Virus record (IMG/VR): IMGVR_UViG_3300009180_000048
Span: 1-55,977 of that record
Strand: one strand, 5' to 3'
DNA: 55,977 nt
DNA from: a virus
Lineage: Duplodnaviria; Caudoviricetes
The position numbers and the translations under genes were made by a program. This document shows positions 47,124 to 54,823 of the stretch, piece by piece. Position 1 is the first letter of the stretch; each line of letters begins with the position of its first letter. Below the pieces are notes generated by a model. It was not told the origin of the DNA and made no database searches. It worked only from the letters and a program-made list of their open reading frames with translations.

Positions 47124-48740
47124 ATGAAGAATTTAGCGCGCGTCGTCATCATTAGTGAAGATGAGAAAGACGTTACTCTTTCTGGAGAGACGGGGCATTG
47201 GGTAAATGTTAGGGGTAGACCTATATTTATAGGTGAACCTTCTCAAGCATCAAAGCGCCTCTCCACTTTAGATCCGAGTAGTATGGACCGTGGCCGTCAG
47301 ATATTGACGGTTAAGGTTCCCGATCCTAAGGCCCCAGGTGGGTTTAGGGAGACGAAAAAATATGTATACTCTGATAAATGGAACCAAGCGACACAGAGGT
47401 ATAAGTTTGCTATCGCAAACGACATAGAGAAGAACAGGGACAAGGTAGAGGAGTCTCTTGAAAAAGAGATACTTGGCGGTAAGACAGGAGCACCATTAGC
47501 GGTATGTGCATTGGTTATTTCCAGAACGGGTATGCGCGTAGGACAGCCTGGAAATGCGACAACGAACGATGAGGGAGTATCAGAGGAGACGTATGGAGCG
47601 ACTACATTAGAGCGTAGTCACGTAAAGGTTGATGGAGATAAGGTTACTTTTGCCTTTAAGGGGAAGGCAGGGGTAGATCAGAATATCGTTATTACTGATA
47701 AGGTAATAGCGAAGGGCGTGAATGACATTCTTAGCCAACCGGGTAAAGACGATGATATTCTCTTCACCAAGAAAGACCCTGATAACGCAAAGAAGCGCGC
47801 AGGTCTTAGACGTGAGGACGTAAGTGATCGGTTTAAGCGTTTTAACGACCACTACAAGCCTAAGGATTTTAGGACAGCCAAAGCGATGCAGGAGGCTGTA
47901 GCGGTAGCACAGGATATTCTTGGCAGAGGTCATGATATTCCCAAGCAGAAGGCTAAGCAGAAAGCGTATGCAAAGGCTATTGTAAAGGAGATGGGCGAGA
48001 AGATTAGTAAGGTACTTGGCAATCAGCCAGGGGTAGCGATTAGTAATTACACGAATCCGTTGCTTGTGGAGTACGTATTGAAAACGATAGGCATCAGTAA
48101 AGAGATGTTAGAGAGTTTAGACAGTGCTGAAGGAAGGGCAGCATCAACGGCTGGAACACCAGAGAGCGTACCGTTACTGATATCTATCTATGGTGAGGAC
48201 GCGGTTAAGTTATGGTTCTCGTCTTTATCGGACGCTATGAATGGAAAAGACAACGCAGGTATTGATTTAGAGACGGGTATGCCTGTAGAGGATAAACCGA
48301 AAGGTAAGAAGAAAGATAAGGAAGTTGCGGAGTCTGCACCTAATGGGTCTGATCCGATATCGGAGGCAATGTTAGAGACAGATGTACCGATGGCGGGATT
48401 CCAGACATCTACACTTCACTTTGATCCTACATTAGCGAAGGCGCTACACTACACACCTACGAGTAGTGATATGCTTGGGTTGGAACGAGCCTTAGCGAAG
48501 GAAGGAAAGCACATTTACGGGTCTTTAGCGAAGCGGCGTGATGGGAATTGGTCATTCTTTTACGAGTCCTCTTCAGGTAGTGAATACGGCACGTATGTAG
48601 CTATTTACCCGCACAAGGTAGATTTAGGGATGTACATATTTGAGGAGACATTCTTTAATGTAATGAAAGATAGGATGAAGATTAGCCGTATGGGTGAGAA
48701 TCGCCAGGGTATCATTATTCAGGTTAACGGATACCGCTAA
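47124..48740 (+). CDS. Type IB DNA topoisomerase (bacterial/poxvirus-like) with extra N- and C-terminal modules
   Basis: Catalytic set TGMRVG, FKGKAG, KDFRT, LGN, SNY; also YVYS and TYGATTL..SHV. Confidence 0.9.
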   Translation: MKNLARVVIISEDEKDVTLSGETGHWVNVRGRPIFIGEPSQASKRLSTLDPSSMDRGRQILTVKVPDPKAPGGFRETKKYVYSDKWNQATQRYKFAIANDIEKNRDKVEESLEKEILGGKTGAPLAVCALVISRTGMRVGQPGNATTNDEGVSEETYGATTLERSHVKVDGDKVTFAFKGKAGVDQNIVITDKVIAKGVNDILSQPGKDDDILFTKKDPDNAKKRAGLRREDVSDRFKRFNDHYKPKDFRTAKAMQEAVAVAQDILGRGHDIPKQKAKQKAYAKAIVKEMGEKISKVLGNQPGVAISNYTNPLLVEYVLKTIGISKEMLESLDSAEGRAASTAGTPESVPLLISIYGEDAVKLWFSSLSDAMNGKDNAGIDLETGMPVEDKPKGKKKDKEVAESAPNGSDPISEAMLETDVPMAGFQTSTLHFDPTLAKALHYTPTSSDMLGLERALAKEGKHIYGSLAKRRDGNWSFFYESSSGSEYGTYVAIYPHKVDLGMYIFEETFFNVMKDRMKISRMGENRQGIIIQVNGYR

Positions 48741-49423
48741 TGCGCACCTTAAGTCGTTTACTACAGGAGCATATATCTTTCCAGAGATTGTTACTGGAGG
48801 GATCTATATTAGAGAAGTACGCAACTGATGAGAGGATAGCGGCGTATTTATCGGATTGGCTTGTTGTTATATACGATAGGGAGGCATTCAAGAAAGCGCT
48901 TAAAGGGGCACCAATGATCATTGGTGATAACTTTTTATCCAAGCTGGAGAAGGAAAAGAAATCAGGGGGTATTTACCTTTCTGGATTAAGCTTTGACAGG
49001 CTTGACGTATCATGCAACGATATGCCGGTTGTTTCTTCATCGGTAGCGGCGGTTAAGGGATATGGGCCATTAGCGTATGAGATTGTAATGGCTAATTACG
49101 GATTAGGGCCAGATAGGATATCTGTATCTTCTAAGGCAAAGAGTGTATGGACGAAGTTTTCGCAAAGAGATGACGTATCTATTCATCCATACGACGATAT
49201 AGATAGTCCTAAGACACCTACCCCGAAAGACGACTGTGATGTATACCAAGATGTGGAGTTAGACGCATCATACACGTTACCGCCTGATGCGAAGGCAGCG
49301 AGTAAGGTTTATATTAAGAGACACAAGGCATTTGAGAAAGAGTTTATGTCTAACCACGACGGGGATTTAGGTATGATCTTTAAACGAGCGCACAACACAG
49401 TATTTGATATGAATTACGGGTGA
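48740..49423 (+). CDS. Putative internal protein, GNAT-like motif
   Basis: MRTLSRLLQE; KGYGPLAYE..PDR.SVSSKAKSVW. Confidence 0.55.
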   Translation: MRTLSRLLQEHISFQRLLLEGSILEKYATDERIAAYLSDWLVVIYDREAFKKALKGAPMIIGDNFLSKLEKEKKSGGIYLSGLSFDRLDVSCNDMPVVSSSVAAVKGYGPLAYEIVMANYGLGPDRISVSSKAKSVWTKFSQRDDVSIHPYDDIDSPKTPTPKDDCDVYQDVELDASYTLPPDAKAASKVYIKRHKAFEKEFMSNHDGDLGMIFKRAHNTVFDMNYG

Positions 49424-49498
49424 GAAATCGATTTCCTAAATAGGTCTTGACAGGTGATCCCAGTATAGGATATGTCAATCAGGACTAAAGGAGACAAA

Positions 49499-49777
49499 AT
49501 GGAAGTAGAGAAAATGGAAGTAGAGAAAGTATCTGAAGAAGAACATTCCGAAGAACTAATTGCCCCTTCGGAACCAGTTAGACCCATACACGCTGTAGGC
49601 GATATTGTTAGGCTTAGGTCGGGTGGTCCTTACATGACTGTCCAACGTATGACTGATGATATTGGTAATAATTCCTATGGTCAATATAGTATTAGCTCAC
49701 ATTACTACGAGTGCGTATGGTTTCATAAAGGCACGCCCCGCAAATATCTCTTCAGAGAAGAGACACTAAGATCATAA
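49499..49777 (+). CDS. DUF2158 / YodC-family protein
   Basis: VGDIVRLRSGGPYMTV...CVWF. Confidence 0.8.
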   Translation: MEVEKMEVEKVSEEEHSEELIAPSEPVRPIHAVGDIVRLRSGGPYMTVQRMTDDIGNNSYGQYSISSHYYECVWFHKGTPRKYLFREETLRS

Positions 49778-49815
49778 GAATTCAGATCCAGCATTTGAAA
49801 GAGCAGGAGACAATA

Positions 49816-50382
49816 ATGAAGATTATATCGTTAGATTTTGATGGAACCCTTGTTTATAGGAATCCCTTGTTTGGGATAGATAAGCCGTACACGCTTATGT
49901 ACGAGGGAGCGAGGGAATTTCTTGAAGAATGTAGAGAGAAATGCGACAAGCTTGTGCTGCTTAGTACAGCGCATCCATCGTACCTAAGGAGCCAGCTTAA
50001 CGAGCATGGTATCACTCATTTTTTTGACAGGGTAATTAGTACCAAGAGTCCTACGGATAAGGTATGGGCATCTGATCTAACCCAATCCAGTTGGGCACAT
50101 GTAGACGATACACCTACGAATACCGTTATGTACGGTGAGAAGCTATCACAGTTCTTTGGATGCAGATGGGATATGATTCCCAGTAACGCTAAGGAGAATT
50201 GGATACACTTTCGGGAAGGTGAGAACGAGTTAGAAGATCCCCAGGATGAGACACATGGGGTTGACTACTCCATTATCCTTAGGGACATAGATCGGGTTCT
50301 ATCGGTCCCCTATACACCTATTTACCCCAAGCCTGATTATGACGATGACGATTGGGAGCCTTGGACACCTTCAAGTCCGTAA
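49816..50382 (+). CDS. HAD-superfamily phosphatase
   Basis: LDFDGTL motif I; LST motif II; HVDD motif IV. Confidence 0.8.
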   Translation: MKIISLDFDGTLVYRNPLFGIDKPYTLMYEGAREFLEECREKCDKLVLLSTAHPSYLRSQLNEHGITHFFDRVISTKSPTDKVWASDLTQSSWAHVDDTPTNTVMYGEKLSQFFGCRWDMIPSNAKENWIHFREGENELEDPQDETHGVDYSIILRDIDRVLSVPYTPIYPKPDYDDDDWEPWTPSSP

Positions 50383-50389
50383 AACCAGC

Positions 50390-50451
50390 CTGTAAACTTC
50401 ATGTAAAGAGATAGATATCCGGTGGATCAATATAGGTCTACCGGATAGTCT
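50390..50451 (+). promoter_or_regulatory. Class F promoter with an inverted repeat
   Basis: CTGTAAA 50390, ATGTAAA 50401, TAGTCT 50446. Confidence 0.55.
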
Positions 50452-50511
50452 GTTTATAGGCTCGTAAAGAGTAATCTTTCCCCCAACATTAACCCCAACC
50501 ATGGAGCTACT

Positions 50512-50940
50512 TTGGGACCAGAGCAGTTTAGGGCATTATTTGTTCGCATTCTTGAGTACGGGGAGGCACACCCTGATAAGTGTTTTATCCACACGATTGA
50601 CGATGCCTTATTTATTGAGGTATTTGGTCATAAGATTGGATGTCGCCAATCAGGATTATATTTGACGCTTATCAATACGTCACCCGGCTGTAATGCAACG
50701 ATGCAGTTTCGGACTACCAGTATTTCATCGTCTGAACCATTGGTAAACCGGGTGAATACCCTTATCGTTAGGGTATCCAACAGGGTATTTGAGAAATCGA
50801 TTTCCGACGTTACCACTCCCCCGTATATGGTAAGTATTGGCCCTATCCATTTGGGGCGAGCACGGTCGATAGCATTTTTATCGGGTGTTGTAATTTCGAC
50901 AGCGGTTATTTTTTGCCACCTTATCGGCCTTATCCAATGA
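50512..50940 (+). CDS. Hypothetical protein with C-terminal TM helix
   Basis: GGAG SD, TTG start. Confidence 0.55.
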   Translation: MGPEQFRALFVRILEYGEAHPDKCFIHTIDDALFIEVFGHKIGCRQSGLYLTLINTSPGCNATMQFRTTSISSSEPLVNRVNTLIVRVSNRVFEKSISDVTTPPYMVSIGPIHLGRARSIAFLSGVVISTAVIFCHLIGLIQ

Positions 50941-51073
50941 GTGAAGGCGAAGCCAACGCTAAATTTCTGCCTAATTTACCGTCAGGATGGACAAGACGGC
51001 CCAAGGGAATATGTAAGGCTTGTTGGAAGCAATACGTAGTAGACGAGAGAGAATCAGATCCACGGAGGTATAA

Positions 51074-51286
51074 ATGTTAGACATTATAGAGACAATCTTA
51101 GCCTCTATTGCTACGCTTGTTATCGGGCTATATGTAGGTGATGAATATGGTAAAGGCTACGTGCTTCCTGCTGCGGTGCTATGTTACTTCGTCATAACGG
51201 CCATTCACGTTTTACTTGATATCGCATTTGATGACGATGACGACGATAAACCCAATAACAAGCCTACAAAAACCAAACCAGCCTAA
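51074..51286 (+). CDS. Small two-TM membrane protein
   Basis: GGAGGT SD; charged tail. Confidence 0.6.
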   Translation: MLDIIETILASIATLVIGLYVGDEYGKGYVLPAAVLCYFVITAIHVLLDIAFDDDDDDKPNNKPTKTKPA

Positions 51287-51330
51287 CCACTCTAACAACA
51301 AAGAATCCAGAGAATCCAATAGAGAATCCA

Positions 51331-51774
51331 ATGTCAGCACCAATGATTATCAAATACTACGGTATTTCAATTTATGAAAGCGGCTTCAATGTAAGTCAAA
51401 CATTCCTTAGGGGATTCCTTGAGCTTTACGGAGTCTCTGTAGATACATTACCGGACATAGAAGATCCCTCTTATGATAGAGAGATGCTTGAGTTAGTAAC
51501 TGAAAACCTACCCATTACCGAAGGATACATGGCAAGTGGAGACGATAGACCGGTATATTTAGGTATCGCTATTGATGCTTCAGACGTATACGAAGCAGAA
51601 ACCCTATTGGAATGGATGAATGAGCCATTATCTAACGAGAAATTAGGCAGAGCAATTCATGAGTTCTTTGCTCTTGTTGGTATTCGTTCACCAGAGCAGG
51701 ATAAGGCATTTGAGGAGCTACTAAAGAGGGAAGGGATTCAACCTCGGATTCATTTTGTCACAGTAGACAGCTAA
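51331..51774 (+). CDS. Hypothetical acidic protein
   Basis: 147-aa ORF. Confidence 0.55.
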   Translation: MSAPMIIKYYGISIYESGFNVSQTFLRGFLELYGVSVDTLPDIEDPSYDREMLELVTENLPITEGYMASGDDRPVYLGIAIDASDVYEAETLLEWMNEPLSNEKLGRAIHEFFALVGIRSPEQDKAFEELLKREGIQPRIHFVTVDS

Positions 51775-51806
51775 GCCCCAATGGCGTTGGCACCTTTATT
51801 AGACGC

Positions 51807-51861
51807 TTTACAAACGCTTGACGAGATAATCATTGTCTCGAAATGAGCCATGAGGTATCTT
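51807..51861 (+). promoter_or_regulatory. Class R promoter
   Basis: TTTACAA 51807, TTGACGA 51818, TATCTT 51856. Confidence 0.65.
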
Positions 51862-51900
51862 GAAAACGCGAAGGGAATTTCAACTTCCTAAGGAGCTTAG

Positions 51901-52215
51901 ATGCGCGAAGCGATTGTAGTGATTCGGGAAGGGTTTTCATACCTTGTACTTCCATTCCGACCTGCTGAGTACAGCGTTGGGGCTTATGGAGGTCTTGTTG
52001 AGACGCGCGCTTCCCAAAAGGAGTACACCGTAGCCAAGCGGGCTGTCGGTTCGACCACGATCCTCGACGCAGAAACGGGCGCTCAGATCTACGAAGGGAT
52101 GTCTTTGGAGGAATTTGCAGACGCGCTCGGTTACCGGGTTGTAACCCAAAAAAATACAGAAAAAGATACAGAGGCCACATGTAATGCTGGTTGGATCAGC
52201 ACCGCTAATTGGTAG
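51901..52215 (+). CDS. Hypothetical early protein
   Basis: AAGGAG SD; 5' leader shared with 35439. Confidence 0.65.
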   Translation: MREAIVVIREGFSYLVLPFRPAEYSVGAYGGLVETRASQKEYTVAKRAVGSTTILDAETGAQIYEGMSLEEFADALGYRVVTQKNTEKDTEATCNAGWISTANW

Positions 52216-52244
52216 CCAGTAATCGATTTCCAAAGGAGTTCAAG

Positions 52245-52967
52245 ATGACTGTCTCTCAGCTTTTGGCTATCAAGGTTCTGAAAGAGTACGCTAAGGAGCG
52301 TGGTCTAACAGTAGAAGCAGAATACACCCCTGATGGGGATATTATACGCTTCAGTCTCTTTGAGAAACAAAGCGTAGAGGTAAGTGATTATGGGCCATTT
52401 ATCGGCGCACTATACAACGTCCTACGTTGTAAGCTATTTGCTGGTATTGGATATCATATCGATACCTGCAATGTACCCGTTGTCCACCACGGATGCACCA
52501 GTTTGGTTATCTCATTCAACGAATGGGTAGAAGATGAACGAGTTCGTACCTCTCTTCACCCATCCCATGACTCGGACCTTTCTGTACCAGCTTGGCCAGC
52601 CTACCCAGCTTTTTGTAAGCTCTTTAATGGAGAACCACTCTCCGAAGATGACATTGAAGCAATCGCCCAAGGTGTAGACGATATGATTTCCAGTATGAGT
52701 AGATGTGATTCTCTTCATCCAGGGCGTAAAGAGCGATTCGAGTTCTTCCCCCATGAACACGAGGATCATGTAGTATACACCTACAATCTTCTTGGATTAA
52801 CGACCCGGAAAACGTATGCGGAGATTTTCAAAGACGGGTCATTTGCTCTTGACTCCATCCGTGAGTCATGGACATACCAAAGTTATGAAGAATCGGTACT
52901 CACTGTTATTGCAGCATTCAAGTCGGAAAAAGACCGTTTATTAAACCTCCTAAAAGGAATACAATGA
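52245..52967 (+). CDS. Hypothetical protein
   Basis: AAGGAG SD before ATG 52245. Confidence 0.65.
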   Translation: MTVSQLLAIKVLKEYAKERGLTVEAEYTPDGDIIRFSLFEKQSVEVSDYGPFIGALYNVLRCKLFAGIGYHIDTCNVPVVHHGCTSLVISFNEWVEDERVRTSLHPSHDSDLSVPAWPAYPAFCKLFNGEPLSEDDIEAIAQGVDDMISSMSRCDSLHPGRKERFEFFPHEHEDHVVYTYNLLGLTTRKTYAEIFKDGSFALDSIRESWTYQSYEESVLTVIAAFKSEKDRLLNLLKGIQ

Positions 52968-53218
52968 GCACTATAACCGTGCCATATCAAATGGCGTTCG
53001 GGACATACGAGAAGTACCCAAGGGGATGGTGGAGGAATTTACCATCCCTTGCTGTCAAGATCGATGACCGGGGTAAAGCGATCCTCGTTCGGATTCGTTC
53101 TGGAGAGACACCAGAGACGATATCCAAAAGTTTAGCACAGCAAGGCTACCGTCTGAGTCCTATGGCCATAGAGGATTTAGTGGAGATAGCTAAGAAGAAG
53201 GGCTTGTACCCTTCTTAG
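52964..53218 (+). CDS. Small hypothetical protein, possibly helix-turn-helix
   Basis: ATGA coupling; GETPETISKSL. Confidence 0.5.
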   Translation: MSTITVPYQMAFGTYEKYPRGWWRNLPSLAVKIDDRGKAILVRIRSGETPETISKSLAQQGYRLSPMAIEDLVEIAKKKGLYPS

Positions 53219-53242
53219 TCCTATTTCTTTAGCCCTACAGCC

Positions 53243-53304
53243 TCGTAAAGAGCTTGTCAATACGTTCATTCTACCCTTGTAGCAAAACCTATATAGGGTA
53301 TGAT
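53243..53304 (+). promoter_or_regulatory. Class F promoter
   Basis: TCGTAAA 53243, TTGTCAA 53254, TATGAT 53299. Confidence 0.7.
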
Positions 53305-53332
53305 GAGGCTACCAAACCCATAGGGAGCATTC

Positions 53333-53527
53333 ATGCCAGAATCCAAACAAAAGATTGGAGCCGATCTTGTGTGCCGCATTGCATACGCAAAGGCCCATAA
53401 GGCCGATTTAGGTATGTACTGGGTTCCAAACCAGTATTACACAACATGTCTTGATGCTCTCGCTCCCCACGCCATTTTAGGCCATGAAGGAAAATGGACA
53501 CTCATTCAATTTGATTCACACCGTTAA
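53333..53527 (+). CDS. Small hypothetical protein
   Basis: GGGAG SD. Confidence 0.55.
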   Translation: MPESKQKIGADLVCRIAYAKAHKADLGMYWVPNQYYTTCLDALAPHAILGHEGKWTLIQFDSHR

Positions 53528-53557
53528 TCCAGATTCACCGTTAATTCAGGAGTAAAT

Positions 53558-54700
53558 ATGCCAGAGACAACAGTAACAGAAGTAACAGAAGTAACAGAAG
53601 TAACAGAACCTCAATATGTAGATCCCAACGTCCTAACCACCATTCCCACAGGCCACGTGCCATGGCCATCCATTGAGGATTTCCCTCACATGACGGCTTC
53701 AGTCCGTCGCATTAATTTACCCTTTAGCGACGTTCGTTTTCATGCAAAGATTAAGTTGCATGGCACCAACGCGGCAATCCGGTTTAAGAATGGTAAGATC
53801 TTTTATCAAAGCCGGTCTAACGATATCACGCCCGAATCCGATAACTACGGCTTCGCAAAGGCGATGTCAGCGTTAGAAATCGATTTCCAAAATACGCAAT
53901 TGTTTCAGATTTCTCGGCTATCTCCTGACGCAGTATATATTGTGTACGGGGAATGGGCGGGATCTTCCATCCAAAAGGGTGTAGCCCTTTCCAAAGTAGA
54001 GAAGGGTTTTCATGTTTTCGCCATCCGACAGATCTTCTCCTGGCCAGAAGGTGTACAGGATCGGCTCTACGATGAGCCAGAGGATATCAGTTATTTCCTA
54101 TCCTCTATGAATGAAGATCTGACCGAAGCAGCGCCCCCTTTTCTTAAGGGCGTTTACGTTATTCCTTGGTATGAGGACGGTGTAAGCCAGGAATATCGTA
54201 TGGATTTTACGGTGCCTTCATCTGTGAATGCGCAGATCGAGCGTATCAATGCACTTGTTGATCAGATTGGAGTATCCGATCCCTACGTTAAATCATTATA
54301 TAATGAGGACGGTACAGGGGAGGGATTAGTGTTCTACCCTATTGTAGAACGCACCACGGAGCACTACCCAACGGAAATGTTCCGCCGTCTTAGCTTTAAA
54401 GCAAAGAGTGAAGCACACCGGGTCAAAAAGACCAGTGCAGCGGTTAAGCTCCTTGTAGAGAAGCCAGAGGGAGTATCGGATTTTGTAAGCATGTTTGTTA
54501 CAGAAGCCCGCTGTTTGCAGATCCTCCAATCTCATTGTAATAATGAGCGTATCGCGCGCCAGATTGGTCCCTTCATTAAGGGGATGTTGGCCGATATTGA
54601 AAAGGAATCGGTACAAGAGCGTGAAGCTTCAGGCTTAGACTGGAAAACCCTTCAAGGGGATATTTCTGCTGCATGCCGTAAATGGATGATGCCCTTCTAA
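53558..54700 (+). CDS. RNA ligase, Rnl2 family
   Basis: KLHGTN (I), YGEW (III), FHVF (IIIa), EGLV (IV), FKAK (V), C-terminal VTEAR domain. Confidence 0.85.
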   Translation: MPETTVTEVTEVTEVTEPQYVDPNVLTTIPTGHVPWPSIEDFPHMTASVRRINLPFSDVRFHAKIKLHGTNAAIRFKNGKIFYQSRSNDITPESDNYGFAKAMSALEIDFQNTQLFQISRLSPDAVYIVYGEWAGSSIQKGVALSKVEKGFHVFAIRQIFSWPEGVQDRLYDEPEDISYFLSSMNEDLTEAAPPFLKGVYVIPWYEDGVSQEYRMDFTVPSSVNAQIERINALVDQIGVSDPYVKSLYNEDGTGEGLVFYPIVERTTEHYPTEMFRRLSFKAKSEAHRVKKTSAAVKLLVEKPEGVSDFVSMFVTEARCLQILQSHCNNERIARQIGPFIKGMLADIEKESVQEREASGLDWKTLQGDISAACRKWMMPF

Positions 54701-54745
54701 CGCCTAACGGTAATCGATTACGGATAGTAAAACTATCCGTTAGAT

Positions 54746-54788
54746 AAGCAAGCCTATCTCCTTTATCAGAGATAAGGCTTGTTTTTTT
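54746..54788 (+). terminator. Intrinsic terminator after the ligase
   Basis: CAAGCC..ATCTC/GAGAT..GGCTTG plus T7. Confidence 0.65.
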
Positions 54789-54823
54789 ATATATCCTTGT
54801 TATGATTCAGTACGGAGATTTCT

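Noticed and set aside
47124-48740. Tyrosine integrase or protelomerase call
   Set aside because: TYGATTL, FKGKAG, KDFRT and LGN...Y are TopIB signatures; no att site context
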